NCBI GenBank assembly: GCA_964517555.1
Contig: CAZFEF010000002.1
Location: 19 to 64,018, forward strand
Length of the DNA stretch: 64,000 nt
Source of the DNA: an uncultured Gammaproteobacteria bacterium
GTDB taxonomy: Bacteria > Patescibacteriota > Patescibacteriia > Patescibacteriales > UBA12465
Direction: 5' to 3'
Position numbers and translations under genes: made by a program. The notes under the pieces are model-generated. The model had not been told where the DNA came from and did no database searches. It worked only from the letters and a program-made list of their open reading frames with translations. How positions within the stretch are numbered: the first letter of the stretch is position 1; each line of letters opens with the position of its first letter. Positions 1 through 9,052 of the stretch are shown here, in pieces.

Positions 1-106
1 AGCGGCTTTGGCAAAAGTGTTTTTGACACTTGTTTTTTGCCAATTGATATCGAGGATCGGCGCCCCGTTTTGAGCTGAATTAAAGACACCTTATTATCGA
101 TGCCTG

Positions 107-565
107 TCATCCCCTAACTGCCTGCTTTTTTAAATGACTGATCTCGCGATCTATTTCTCGTCTCTTAATAACTTCCCGCTTGTCATACTTCTTGCGACCC
201 TGCCCTAAACCGAATTCCAATTTGACAAAGCTGTTCTTAGTATATATTTTTATCGGCACCAGTGTCAAGCCAGAACTTTGTTTTTTCCCAGCAATTTGCG
301 CTATTTCCGCTTTGCGCAACAAAAGCTGTCGCGGGTGAGTCGGATCATAGTCAGCCTTTAAGCCAGCCGCCGGTTTATACAAAGAAATATGGGCCTTCAG
401 CAGGTATAAATTGCCACTACGAAAATCAATATAACTTTCTTTTAATGAAATATTGCCCTGTTTAACCGACTTTACCTCATGACCGCGCAAAACTAAGCCA
501 GCCTCATAAGTGGCCAGAATGTCATAGTCAAATACCGCTCTTTTGTTCTGGGCTAATATATTCAT
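107..565 (-). CDS. smpB: SsrA-binding protein SmpB
   Basis: 152 aa. The N-terminal NKRAVFDY..YEAGLVLRGHEVKS pattern and the basic C-terminal tail are typical of SmpB. Confidence 0.9.
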   Translation of the reverse strand: MNILAQNKRAVFDYDILATYEAGLVLRGHEVKSVKQGNISLKESYIDFRSGNLYLLKAHISLYKPAAGLKADYDPTHPRQLLLRKAEIAQIAGKKQSSGLTLVPIKIYTKNSFVKLEFGLGQGRKKYDKREVIKRREIDREISHLKKQAVRG

Positions 566-618
566 ACTCTTTAATATTGACTTATTTTACAATTTATGTC
601 AATACAAGACCAAGAAGA

Positions 619-646
619 AACGGGCTTTAGGGGCCCGTTTTTTCTA
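619..646. terminator. Intrinsic terminator hairpin between tig and smpB
   Basis: AACGGGC / GCCCGTT 7-bp stem with a 7-nt loop, followed by a T-run on the plus strand and flanked by T/C-rich sequence on the minus strand. Confidence 0.6.
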
Positions 647-670
647 TTTTATCAACAAAATAAAGGAAAA

Positions 671-1957
671 TTAAACAATATTCCACTCACGTAATTTCTT
701 AATCACTTTCTGATTAGCTAAGATATTACCAATATAAGCTCGATAGCCCTTCTCAGCGGTCATTTTTTGAACTTCAGGGTTAGCACCATATTGTTCTTTG
801 ACCTCTTTAATCTTAGCTTCAATCTCCTCGGTGCTGATCTTTAAATCTTCCTTAAGCGCTACCTCGCGCAACACCAAAGCGCTCTTGACTCTCTTAACGG
901 CCATTGGCAGCATTTCCATTACTAGATCGTCCTTACTCTTTTTAATGCTAGTTAAATAGTCTTCAAACTTACCGCCGTACTGAGAGACCTGCTGTTCTAA
1001 TTCCCCGAGCATCATCTGTGATTCGTTCTGTACCAACAATTCCGGCAAGTCACTAAACTTAGAGCCGTCAATAATCTTATCCAACATAGCGATCTCATTC
1101 TTCTGCTCATTCTTATGCTTTTGGATATGTTCTAAGTTTTTGCGAGCAGCCGTCTCTAATTCGGCTAGAGTCGAAAATCCCAAGCCCTTAGCAAACTCGT
1201 CATCAATCTTAGGCATTTCTCTCTGATACACTTCCTTAATCTTCACTTTAAAATCAACTATCTTGCCAGCTAAATGCTGCAAATGATGATCAGCTGGATA
1301 AGGTAAAGAAAAATTCAGTTCATCGTTTTTCTTGTGCCCCAAAAGTTGTTTGTCAAAACCAGGTACAAAATAATCCTTGCCCATCATTACTGTAATATCT
1401 TGAGCTTGCCCACCTTCGGCCGGAACTTTATCTAAGAATAATTCAACATTAACAATCACCTTGTCATTATTAGTTATTTCTTTATCAGAAATACTTTCCT
1501 TAACTTTCATCTCGGCCAAATCATTAACGGATTTTTTTACTTCTTCATCTTTGACGACAATTTTTTCTTCTTTAATTTGCAACTCTTTATATTTTCCCAG
1601 GGTCACTTCCGGTAAAACCGCAATAGTTATTTTATACTCCAAGGGGTTTTCTGGGGCCAACTTAGTCACTTCTACTTGCGGGTTGCCAATAGGGTTTTTA
1701 TCAGCTAAATGTTTTTCTATAACCTCATCAATGGTTTTGTGAATAGCCAAATGAGCAGCCTCCTCTAAAATAGCCATCTCGCCAACCTTGGCCTTTAAGT
1801 GGTCATAAGGGACCTTGCCGGGACGGAACCCTTCGATTTTCATATTTTTAGAAAGAGCTTCAGCCCCCTTTTCAATATAAGGAGCAAACTCTTCAGCGGA
1901 CAAAGAAATCAAAGCTTCTAATTGAGACTGCGGCAAACTATTGATGGTAACTTGCAT
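671..1957 (-). CDS. tig: Trigger factor
   Basis: 428 aa. It has the N-terminal ribosome-binding region with GFRPGKVP, a central FKBP-like segment and a helical C-terminal domain. Confidence 0.9.
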   Translation of the reverse strand: MQVTINSLPQSQLEALISLSAEEFAPYIEKGAEALSKNMKIEGFRPGKVPYDHLKAKVGEMAILEEAAHLAIHKTIDEVIEKHLADKNPIGNPQVEVTKLAPENPLEYKITIAVLPEVTLGKYKELQIKEEKIVVKDEEVKKSVNDLAEMKVKESISDKEITNNDKVIVNVELFLDKVPAEGGQAQDITVMMGKDYFVPGFDKQLLGHKKNDELNFSLPYPADHHLQHLAGKIVDFKVKIKEVYQREMPKIDDEFAKGLGFSTLAELETAARKNLEHIQKHKNEQKNEIAMLDKIIDGSKFSDLPELLVQNESQMMLGELEQQVSQYGGKFEDYLTSIKKSKDDLVMEMLPMAVKRVKSALVLREVALKEDLKISTEEIEAKIKEVKEQYGANPEVQKMTAEKGYRAYIGNILANQKVIKKLREWNIV

Positions 1958-2031
1958 AATTTTAGGGTCGATAAATTCGACAATTATTTATATTAGATTA
2001 TTATTTTAACATTTAAATACTAAAAGGCAAA

Positions 2032-2583
2032 CTATATTCGATTTCTTTTTCGAAGCTCGAAGAAACAATCATGGCAAGCCAAGGTGTCAGATAAAGCAGA
2101 ATGAGCGTTGGCAAAATCTCGACCAAACAACTCTAAATGGAGATCAGAAAGCTTGGGGTACTTACCCAAAAAACGACTTTGGCTAGTCATCGTACAAAAA
2201 TGCGGCCGCTCAAAAAATGAAGCATCAATCTTTAGTCGCACCAATTCTGCGCCTAAAATATTTTTGTCAAAATGAAAATTGTGACCGACAAAAATTATTT
2301 CTTCGTCCAAAGCCAATTCCAAAAAATGACCGATAGCTTTCTCGATCTCTACTCCTTCGCGTTGAGCTAGCAAATTATCAATACCATGAATTTTGATGAC
2401 TTTCTCGGGGATAGTAAAACCGCGAGGCTTGATAATATAGCTGGCTTGCTCTAATACCTCCCCATCTTGGGACAAAACAAAGGCCAGCTGCACCAATCGG
2501 GGCCAATTATCGACCTCGTTATACGAAAGATTATAATTCCGAGGCAATCCCGTAGTTTCAGTATCAAAAAATAGATATTTCAT
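2032..2583 (-). CDS. DEDDh 3'-5' exonuclease (DnaQ / Pol III epsilon-like)
   Basis: Exo motifs FFDTETTGLP, FVGHNFHFD and HSALSD are present. I moved the start to the internal MKYLFFDTETTG (ATG at 2583) because the upstream 33 codons overlap a consensus divergent promoter. Confidence 0.75.
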   Translation of the reverse strand: MKYLFFDTETTGLPRNYNLSYNEVDNWPRLVQLAFVLSQDGEVLEQASYIIKPRGFTIPEKVIKIHGIDNLLAQREGVEIEKAIGHFLELALDEEIIFVGHNFHFDKNILGAELVRLKIDASFFERPHFCTMTSQSRFLGKYPKLSDLHLELFGRDFANAHSALSDTLACHDCFFELRKRNRI

Positions 2584-2590
2584 ATCTTCC

Positions 2591-2619
2591 AGGCTAACAG
2601 GGAAAAACCTGCTAGTCAA
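2591..2619 (-). promoter_or_regulatory. Sigma70-like promoter for the exonuclease gene
   Basis: On the minus strand: TTGACT, 17 nt, TAGCCT, 7 nt, then ATG(2583). Confidence 0.45.
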
Positions 2620-2635
2620 ATAAATAGGCCTAGTA

Positions 2636-2664
2636 TTGACAAATATAATATATTGTGGTATAAT
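2636..2664 (+). promoter_or_regulatory. Consensus sigma70 promoter
   Basis: TTGACA (2636-2641), 17-nt spacer ending in TGG, then TATAAT (2659-2664). It sits 24 nt upstream of the small ORF at 2688. Confidence 0.65.
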
Positions 2665-2687
2665 ATAGTCAGTTAAAACCATTAAAA

Positions 2688-2861
2688 ATGCGCGACTCTA
2701 GCAGAAGTGAAACCGGAGAACGCGGTTCTCTGGCCCCGATATTTGTATTCCTGTTTGCGATAGCTGTAATTATCTACTCTATTGTAGATTACGGCAAAAA
2801 ATCGAAAGAAGAAACCGCCACCACTGCCACCACGGAGACTGTGGTCACGGCTCAAAAATAA
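2688..2861 (+). CDS. Small single-pass membrane protein (57 aa), missing from the ORF track because it is under 60 aa
   Basis: My translation is MRDSSRSETGERGSLAPIFVFLFAIAVIIYSIVDYGKKSKEETATTATTETVVTAQK. It has one hydrophobic helix, a consensus promoter upstream and a terminator hairpin downstream. Confidence 0.45.
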   Translation: MRDSSRSETGERGSLAPIFVFLFAIAVIIYSIVDYGKKSKEETATTATTETVVTAQK

Positions 2862-2880
2862 TCGGCAAAACGCCAAAAAA

Positions 2881-2912
2881 AGAGACCCCCAAAAGGAGGC
2901 CTCTGTTTTTTT
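2881..2912. terminator. Bidirectional intrinsic terminator
   Basis: AGAGACCCCC-AAAA-GGAGGCCTCT imperfect 10-bp stem. An A-run precedes it and a T7 run follows it. It serves the small ORF (+) and hppA (-). Confidence 0.6.
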
Positions 2913-2926
2913 ATCTCTCAGAATAA

Positions 2927-4918
2927 TTAGACCAATAATCCGATAATCAACAAAGCCACAATGTTTAAGATCTTGATCATCGGGTTGATAGCCGGACCAG
3001 CAGTATCCTTGTAAGGGTCGCCGACAGTGTCGCCGGTAACCGCCGCTTTGTGAGCGTCAGAACCTTTGCCGCCAAAATGACCAGACTCAATATATTTTTT
3101 AGCATTGTCCCAAGCTCCACCGCCAGAAGTCATAGAGATGGCGACGAAGATACCAGTGATAATAGAACCGACTAACAACCCGCCCAGAGCTTGAACGCCT
3201 AAAAACAAACCAACCAATATCGGGACCACCACTGGAATCAGAGCCGGCAAAATCATTTCCTTGATAGCGGCCTTGGTAACAATATCAACGGTGCGACTAT
3301 AATCAGGTTTTTCAGTATTCTGCATGATGCCCGGTTTTTCTTTAAACTGCGCGCGAACATCATCAACCACTGAGCCAGCGGCTTTACCGACAGCCTGCAT
3401 AGATAGAGCGCCAAAATAATACGGCAGCAAGCCACCAATAAACAAACCGACTAAGACATAAGGATCGCTGATCAAGAAATAGAACGATTGACCCAAGGCA
3501 TCCAGGCTATGAGTAAAATCAGCGAATAGCACTAAGGCGGCCAAAGCGGCACTGCCGATAGCGTACCCCTTGGTTACTGCCTTAGTAGTATTACCAACTG
3601 CATCCAAAGGATCAGTAATATTTCTAACATCCTCTCCTAACTCGGCCATCTCGGCAATACCGCCGGCGTTGTCGGTTATCGGTCCATAAGCGTCAATGGT
3701 AACAATGATGCCAGCCATAGATAACATAGCCATGGCAGAAATGGCGATACCGTACAAACCAGCCAAACTGTAAGCTCCCAAAATAGCTAGACAAATAACA
3801 ATGATCGGCCAAGCGGTAGATTTCATAGAAACTGCCAAGCCGGCAATGATGTTAGTGCCATGGCCAGTGCGAGAAGCTTCGGCGATATCTTTAACCGGTT
3901 TAAATTTGGTAGAAGTAAAATATTCAGTAATAAAAACAAGCAAACCAGTGACGGCCAAACCGATAAGTGAAGCTAAGTATAAATTCATGACACCGTAAGC
4001 GCCATTGTCTTTCATTAACCAATTAGTAATTGGATAAAAAGCAATAGCTCCCAAGACACCGGCAGCAATCAATCCTTTATACAAAGCCTGCATGATGTTC
4101 TGTTTCTTGCCCAAACGAATAAAGAAGATACCGACGATAGAAGCTAAAATGGAAGCGGCGCCTAAAACTAGGGGGAAGATAATTGCTTGTGGCAATTCCT
4201 TGAAGAACAATCCGCCCAAGATCATGGCCGCGATAGAGGTCACAGCATAGGTTTCAAATAAATCAGCAGCCATACCAGCACAATCACCAACATTGTCACC
4301 GACATTGTCAGCAATAACCGCCGGATTGCGAGGGTCGTCTTCCGGAATGCTTGATTCAACTTTACCCACCAAATCAGCTCCGACATCAGCGGCCTTAGTA
4401 TAAATACCGCCGCCCAAACGAGCAAAAATGGAAATTAATGAACCACCAAAACCAAAACCAATTAGAGCAGATAGATCTTTAGTAATCAGATAAAAACCAG
4501 CAGTTCCTAGAAGGGCTAAGCCGACTACTAACATACCAGTGATACTACCACCTTTAACAGCTACATTTAGCGCTTTGGCTAAACCGCCGCGAGCGGCTTC
4601 AGTAGTTTTGACGTTAGCTCGCACCGAAATATTCATGCCGATATAACCAGTCAAAGCGGAAAGACCGGCACCTAAAACAAAAGCGAGGCCGGTTTTGAGA
4701 TTCAACACTAATGAGATCAAAACAAACAACACCGCGGCGACAATAGCGACAGCGCGATATTGCCGATTCAAGAAAGCCTTAGCACCAATTTGAATGGCGC
4801 GAGCGATTTCTTGCATCCGCTCATTTCCGGACGGAAGTTTTAAGATGGCCTTGATAGAAATCAGACCATAGACGATAGCGGCCACAGCGCTACCGATGAT
4901 AAATAAGGTCGTAATCAT
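2927..4918 (-). CDS. hppA: Membrane-bound H+-translocating pyrophosphatase
   Basis: 663 aa polytopic protein with the DNVGDNVGD and GDTVGDP motifs. GNTTKA has Lys at the Ala/Lys signature position, which suggests the K+-independent subfamily. Confidence 0.9.
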   Translation of the reverse strand: MITTLFIIGSAVAAIVYGLISIKAILKLPSGNERMQEIARAIQIGAKAFLNRQYRAVAIVAAVLFVLISLVLNLKTGLAFVLGAGLSALTGYIGMNISVRANVKTTEAARGGLAKALNVAVKGGSITGMLVVGLALLGTAGFYLITKDLSALIGFGFGGSLISIFARLGGGIYTKAADVGADLVGKVESSIPEDDPRNPAVIADNVGDNVGDCAGMAADLFETYAVTSIAAMILGGLFFKELPQAIIFPLVLGAASILASIVGIFFIRLGKKQNIMQALYKGLIAAGVLGAIAFYPITNWLMKDNGAYGVMNLYLASLIGLAVTGLLVFITEYFTSTKFKPVKDIAEASRTGHGTNIIAGLAVSMKSTAWPIIVICLAILGAYSLAGLYGIAISAMAMLSMAGIIVTIDAYGPITDNAGGIAEMAELGEDVRNITDPLDAVGNTTKAVTKGYAIGSAALAALVLFADFTHSLDALGQSFYFLISDPYVLVGLFIGGLLPYYFGALSMQAVGKAAGSVVDDVRAQFKEKPGIMQNTEKPDYSRTVDIVTKAAIKEMILPALIPVVVPILVGLFLGVQALGGLLVGSIITGIFVAISMTSGGGAWDNAKKYIESGHFGGKGSDAHKAAVTGDTVGDPYKDTAGPAINPMIKILNIVALLIIGLLV

Positions 4919-4973
4919 AAATTAAGTCTCCCTCGATTAAAAACAAAGTTTAGAAATCGAGTCGGAGTATAAA

Positions 4974-6227
4974 TTATTTTTCTTCTTTTTTAGTTTTTTT
5001 AGTAGTTGTCTTCTTTGTCTTGGTTTTTTTCTCAACCGGCGCTGCTTCAACTTTTGCTTCTTCCGCTGGAGCAACCTCAGCCTCAATCTCAACTTCGGCG
5101 GCCGGGGCTTCAGCTTCGTCAGAGATAATATCAATTTTCCAGCCGGTCAATTTAGCGGCCAAGCGAACATTCTGGCCACTTTTGCCAATCGCTAACGACA
5201 ACTTGTCAGGGCTAACCTTAACCACGGCGCGACGTTCCTTGTCGTCTAAAGTAATACTAGTAACCTTAGCTGGAGATAAAGCGTTAGAAATAAATTTAAT
5301 CGGGTCCTCATCGTATTCAATAATATCAACCTTCTCGCCCCCCAATTCATTGATAATAGTCTGAATGCGGGCGCCACGTTGACCGACGCAAGATCCAACC
5401 GGATCAATATTTTCCGAGTCGGTAGAAATCGCCACCTTGGAGCGTGAACCAGCCTCTCGAGCGACACTCTCAATCTTAACTAAGCCATTAGAGATTTCCG
5501 GAATTTCTAAATAAAAAACTTTTTTAAGAATCTCTTCACTGCGTCGAGACAAAATTATTTCTGCCCCCTTCTGACCGGAACGAACCTCTTTGACATAAAC
5601 CTTTAAGCGGGCATTTAAGGCATAGTTTTCACCTGGAATCTGCTCTTCCATCGGTAAAATGCCAATCGCCTTACCTAAATCCACAAACACTAAACGACCT
5701 TCTTGGCGCTGAACCACACCGGACACCACCTCATGTTCTTTATCCTTGAATTCATTAAAAACCATGTCTCGTTCCACTTCACGAAGTTTTTGGATAATCA
5801 CTTGCTTGGCGGTTTGAGCGGCCATACGACCGTAATCTGTCGGTTCCGGTAATTCCATAATAATTTCATCACCGATCTGAGCATCGTTTTTAATCAACAA
5901 AGCATCCTTAATCTGAATCTCAGTTTTAGGATTAAATCTTTTTTTCACCTCGCCATTCTCATCTAACACTTCTGGCAATGGCACATACTCTTCACTCTCT
6001 AGGGCAGCCAGCTCTTCTTCGGGCAGATCTTCGACTACAGTTTTGATGTCGTAGATTTGAGAATGAGCAGTTTCCGGGTTGAATTTCACTTTGATGTTTT
6101 GGTTCTTCTGACCAAAATCTTTGCGATAGGCAGCGGCTAAAGCCAGCTCAATAGTAGCGAGCACTGCCTCATAATCTAATTTCTTTTCCTCGCAAATTTG
6201 CTTGATAGCACTAGATATTTCGGACAT
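4974..6227 (-). CDS. nusA: Transcription termination/antitermination factor NusA
   Basis: 417 aa with an N-terminal domain, S1 and two KH domains (GxxGxRI motif GQRGARIQ). It ends in an A/E/K-rich low-complexity tail. Confidence 0.9.
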   Translation of the reverse strand: MSEISSAIKQICEEKKLDYEAVLATIELALAAAYRKDFGQKNQNIKVKFNPETAHSQIYDIKTVVEDLPEEELAALESEEYVPLPEVLDENGEVKKRFNPKTEIQIKDALLIKNDAQIGDEIIMELPEPTDYGRMAAQTAKQVIIQKLREVERDMVFNEFKDKEHEVVSGVVQRQEGRLVFVDLGKAIGILPMEEQIPGENYALNARLKVYVKEVRSGQKGAEIILSRRSEEILKKVFYLEIPEISNGLVKIESVAREAGSRSKVAISTDSENIDPVGSCVGQRGARIQTIINELGGEKVDIIEYDEDPIKFISNALSPAKVTSITLDDKERRAVVKVSPDKLSLAIGKSGQNVRLAAKLTGWKIDIISDEAEAPAAEVEIEAEVAPAEEAKVEAAPVEKKTKTKKTTTKKTKKEEK

Positions 6228-6321
6228 ATCATTAGGGGTTATTTATAAAAATAGACTGATTATAATATCAGTCTAATTCCAGTATAGGACATTTCGCCTT
6301 CATCGTCAATAATGCAAAAAT

Positions 6322-6347
6322 AAAAGGAAGCGCAGCTTCCTCTTTTT
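6322..6347. terminator. Intrinsic terminator hairpin
   Basis: AGGAAG-CGCAG-CTTCCT stem-loop with T-runs on both strands, downstream of the minus-strand ORF 6412-6732. Confidence 0.5.
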
Positions 6348-6411
6348 GCCAGCAGATATTGGGTACTATTATTCCCCTCACTTTGTTTGGTCTTTTCCGG
6401 AAAATCAGGGA

Positions 6412-6732
6412 CTAGAACATCCAGATCTCTTGTTCAAAGCTAGGAAAAAATTTCACTAGGATCTGAAAATAATCATCAAAGCAAAGACACGACAGGTCTT
6501 CTTTTTCAGGGCCGCGAAGAATGAAAGCCACGCCCCGCCTACCATTATGCCACAACTCCAGACGCTCATTAATATCCGGCCAATGGGGATGATCAAGCCA
6601 GATATTATAGGCAATTTGGTATTCAGTGCAGCATCTCAGCTCCAGCCATTTCATTTCGCATAGATATTCCCAGCTTTCTGCTAGTTCGCAAGAAAAATTG
6701 TTCTGTTCCTGTTTCCGATTATACTTTCTCAT
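6412..6732 (-). CDS. Hypothetical protein (Trp/Cys-rich, 106 aa)
   Basis: ORF only. It is flanked by AT-rich intergenic DNA and a terminator, and I recognise no family. Confidence 0.4.
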   Translation of the reverse strand: MRKYNRKQEQNNFSCELAESWEYLCEMKWLELRCCTEYQIAYNIWLDHPHWPDINERLELWHNGRRGVAFILRGPEKEDLSCLCFDDYFQILVKFFPSFEQEIWMF

Positions 6733-6932
6733 GTGATGAAGTTTTGGTTAAGACCAAAAACTACCACAGAGAATCAAATTTCTTTTTCATGATGTACGTT
6801 AATTGATAAGCATCATAATATCAGAATAAACTATAATTGTCAATAAATAACCCTGCCGCCAATTGACAAGTCTAATAAATAATGATATTATTAATTATCA
6901 TCCTTTATCAAACCTTAAAAACACCTTAACAA

Positions 6933-7400
6933 ATGAGAACGAAAGAAAAAATTGAAGCCACCATTGGAATATTGGTTATCTTTACCGCTTTATTCCTAAT
7001 AGTTGTAAATACCGGATCAGTGGTCGGATTAATAAAAGGGGCTGGAATCCCGGTGGAAAAAATAGACAAAATCGCTATAACGCTTTCGACAAACGTCATG
7101 TGCGCGTTCGCTATAGCCATATTTCTAATAATAACCATCCGGGTTATAGTGACAAAAAAACCAAAACTGAACATCAAAGAAAGATACATGCTGCTGAGCA
7201 TCGGCTACCTTGATAAGACCTTCTATACCATGGCCACGCTCAACAAAAAAGGCAAAGTGGTGGCTATAAAAGTCTATGAAAAACTAGACTTCAGCGAAAG
7301 CCCCACGGTAAACAGCCAATACGTCCCCCGACAAACTTCCGAGACCACCGCCAAGGGGACCGTCACCAAAGTCGAATTGGTGCCGTTCGTCATTGAATGA
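6933..7400 (+). CDS. Hypothetical membrane protein (155 aa, two N-terminal TM helices)
   Basis: ORF with hydrophobic segments and a terminator downstream. I recognise no family. Confidence 0.45.
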   Translation: MRTKEKIEATIGILVIFTALFLIVVNTGSVVGLIKGAGIPVEKIDKIAITLSTNVMCAFAIAIFLIITIRVIVTKKPKLNIKERYMLLSIGYLDKTFYTMATLNKKGKVVAIKVYEKLDFSESPTVNSQYVPRQTSETTAKGTVTKVELVPFVIE

Positions 7401-7423
7401 GCAAAGTTCAAAAAAATAAAAAA

Positions 7424-7450
7424 ATGTCGCCCACTCAAGCGACATTTTTA
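7424..7450. terminator. Bidirectional intrinsic terminator
   Basis: AATGTCGC / GCGACATT 8-bp stem with an A-run before and a T-run after, between convergent genes. Confidence 0.6.
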
Positions 7451-8014
7451 ATTTTCTCCAATAAACTGCAAAATAGCAGCTACGGCCTTTTCATCTGGGA
7501 AATCTCTAATTTCCACTTCCAGGCAATCCAAACGACTACGATGTAAATAGCGACGATATAGTCTTTGCTGTTTGATATAGAATTCGGGGTCTTTAGCAAT
7601 TCGGTCATAATGAGGATAGAGATGTAAACGGTCCTCTAATCTTTTGGCCAACAATTCTTCCTCCTCGGGAAAAGTCAGAAAAATAATTTTGTAATCTAAT
7701 TTTTCCAACTTTTTTTCCAAGCGGCGATAACCGACACGACGATGGCGATAGAGCTTGCTATAGACGCGATCAGTAATGTGAAATTTTTCTAAAATAACAT
7801 TAGACTCGGTCAAATCTTTTAAAATACGGTAATAGTTTTTTATCACCCTCTTGCCTGAAGATGAACCAAAGAGACCAACATCACAGTTAAACCAATAACA
7901 ACCGTCCAGACGGTTAGGGTCGGAGTGGTATTTCTCTTCCAAAAAATCATAGACCTGAGACATGATGAAACTTTTTCCGGATAATTCTGCGCCTTCAAAT
8001 ATTAAATGCGGCAT
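7448..8014 (-). CDS. P-loop kinase, thymidylate/deoxynucleoside-kinase-like
   Basis: 188 aa. The N-terminal IFEGAELSGKS resembles the Walker A motif of the TMPK/dNK fold. Confidence 0.5.
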   Translation of the reverse strand: MPHLIFEGAELSGKSFIMSQVYDFLEEKYHSDPNRLDGCYWFNCDVGLFGSSSGKRVIKNYYRILKDLTESNVILEKFHITDRVYSKLYRHRRVGYRRLEKKLEKLDYKIIFLTFPEEEELLAKRLEDRLHLYPHYDRIAKDPEFYIKQQRLYRRYLHRSRLDCLEVEIRDFPDEKAVAAILQFIGEN

Positions 8015-8015
8015 A

Positions 8016-9047
8016 TTATATTCCTAAAAGATTACTTAATTTTTGAATACGATGATCGATTCTTTTCAATTTGTTTTCATCTCTTTTCACCGTATTGCTC
8101 AATAACTGGTAGGTAGTGGTACGAATCATAGTCCAACGAGAATAGTTTTCAATCCTGGCTTGCAGATCTTCATCGAGCTTAAAAATCGAATGGGCAAAAT
8201 AATTATCTCGAAAAATATTTTCCAATGACTGCAAGTACTCCGGATCAAACCCCTCTTTCTGTCCCATGTATCGCAACTGTTCAAAAAAACAGCCCAAATC
8301 TCTGGCTGGGTCACCCAACGACAAATCATTTAAATCGATTAAAGCCACCTGGCCGGTATGCACCCAAATAATATTGTCCGGATGGGCATCGCCATGCAAC
8401 AAACAGCGATAATTATGTTTTTTCCTAAATTCTATCTCCCGATCAGTAAAAAGTTTATACGCCTTCTGATAAAAACTTAAATATTGCGGATAACGCTCAG
8501 CGATATACCCTAAAGTTTTTTCCATACCCGGAACAACGTTCGGGATAAAACCCTCGGGGAAGCTAGCGTCAACCGTATCTACCGGCAAAGAGTGTAGGCG
8601 GGCGAACCATTGGGCCGCCAAAGCCACTATTTCCTCAATCTTTGGCTTGTCCTGAAGATAGAGGTAATGATGCAAATTATACCCTTCAACACCGCGATAA
8701 AAAACACCGTTAAGATAAGAAGAGAAAAATAGAGGGTGCGGAATAGACAAGTGCCCGCCAGCAAAACCATGACGCCAAAGGAAATCTAACCCTAAGAAAA
8801 AATTCTCCCGGTTTTCACTACTATGAGCTGCGCAAAAAATTGGCAAAACGATAGTCTCTCCTTGATCATTAGCTAGAGTGGTTAAATATTCAACCACGAC
8901 ATGATAAGTAGTGGTCCAAATATTTTTCTTGTGACTGATAATTTCCACGCTTTGAACTCGGGGAAAATCTGGGTAGTGCGACGGCAATTTACGGCGCAAC
9001 AAAGCGAGGATATAAACTTCGTCAAATAATTTATAGGCTCGGTTCAT
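8016..9047 (-). CDS. APH/choline-kinase-family phosphotransferase
   Basis: LLHGDAHPDNIIW (catalytic loop) and IDLNDLSLGDPARDLG (DxD/metal loop) are present. I moved the start to MNRAYKLF (9047) to remove a 31-nt overlap with the upstream gene. Confidence 0.6.
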   Translation of the reverse strand: MNRAYKLFDEVYILALLRRKLPSHYPDFPRVQSVEIISHKKNIWTTTYHVVVEYLTTLANDQGETIVLPIFCAAHSSENRENFFLGLDFLWRHGFAGGHLSIPHPLFFSSYLNGVFYRGVEGYNLHHYLYLQDKPKIEEIVALAAQWFARLHSLPVDTVDASFPEGFIPNVVPGMEKTLGYIAERYPQYLSFYQKAYKLFTDREIEFRKKHNYRCLLHGDAHPDNIIWVHTGQVALIDLNDLSLGDPARDLGCFFEQLRYMGQKEGFDPEYLQSLENIFRDNYFAHSIFKLDEDLQARIENYSRWTMIRTTTYQLLSNTVKRDENKLKRIDHRIQKLSNLLGI

Positions 9048-9052
9048 AGAAA

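Noticed and set aside
1-106. Possible 5' end of tmRNA (ssrA) downstream of smpB. The minus strand reads GGGGCGCCGATCCTCGATATC from position 66, followed by a long TTGGCAAAA...TTTTGCCAA hairpin.
   Set aside because: The conserved GGAUUCGAC-type D-loop analogue is not matched. The same bases also read as the 3' end of a plus-strand ORF that stops at 76-78. Too little sequence is in the window to decide.
2682-2876. 64-aa minus-strand ORF (G/F/R-rich), and the 33-codon N-terminal extension of the exonuclease ORF (2584-2682).
   Set aside because: Both are antisense to, or overlap, a consensus plus-strand promoter and a better-supported 57-aa membrane-peptide ORF. The exonuclease has its own promoter and a conserved MKYLFFDTETTG start.
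4937-5473. Track ORFs 4937-5134 (-), 5020-5364 (+) and 5246-5473 (-), which overlap nusA.
   Set aside because: These are alternative-frame or antisense readings of the low-complexity A/E/K tail and the KH region of a well-supported nusA.
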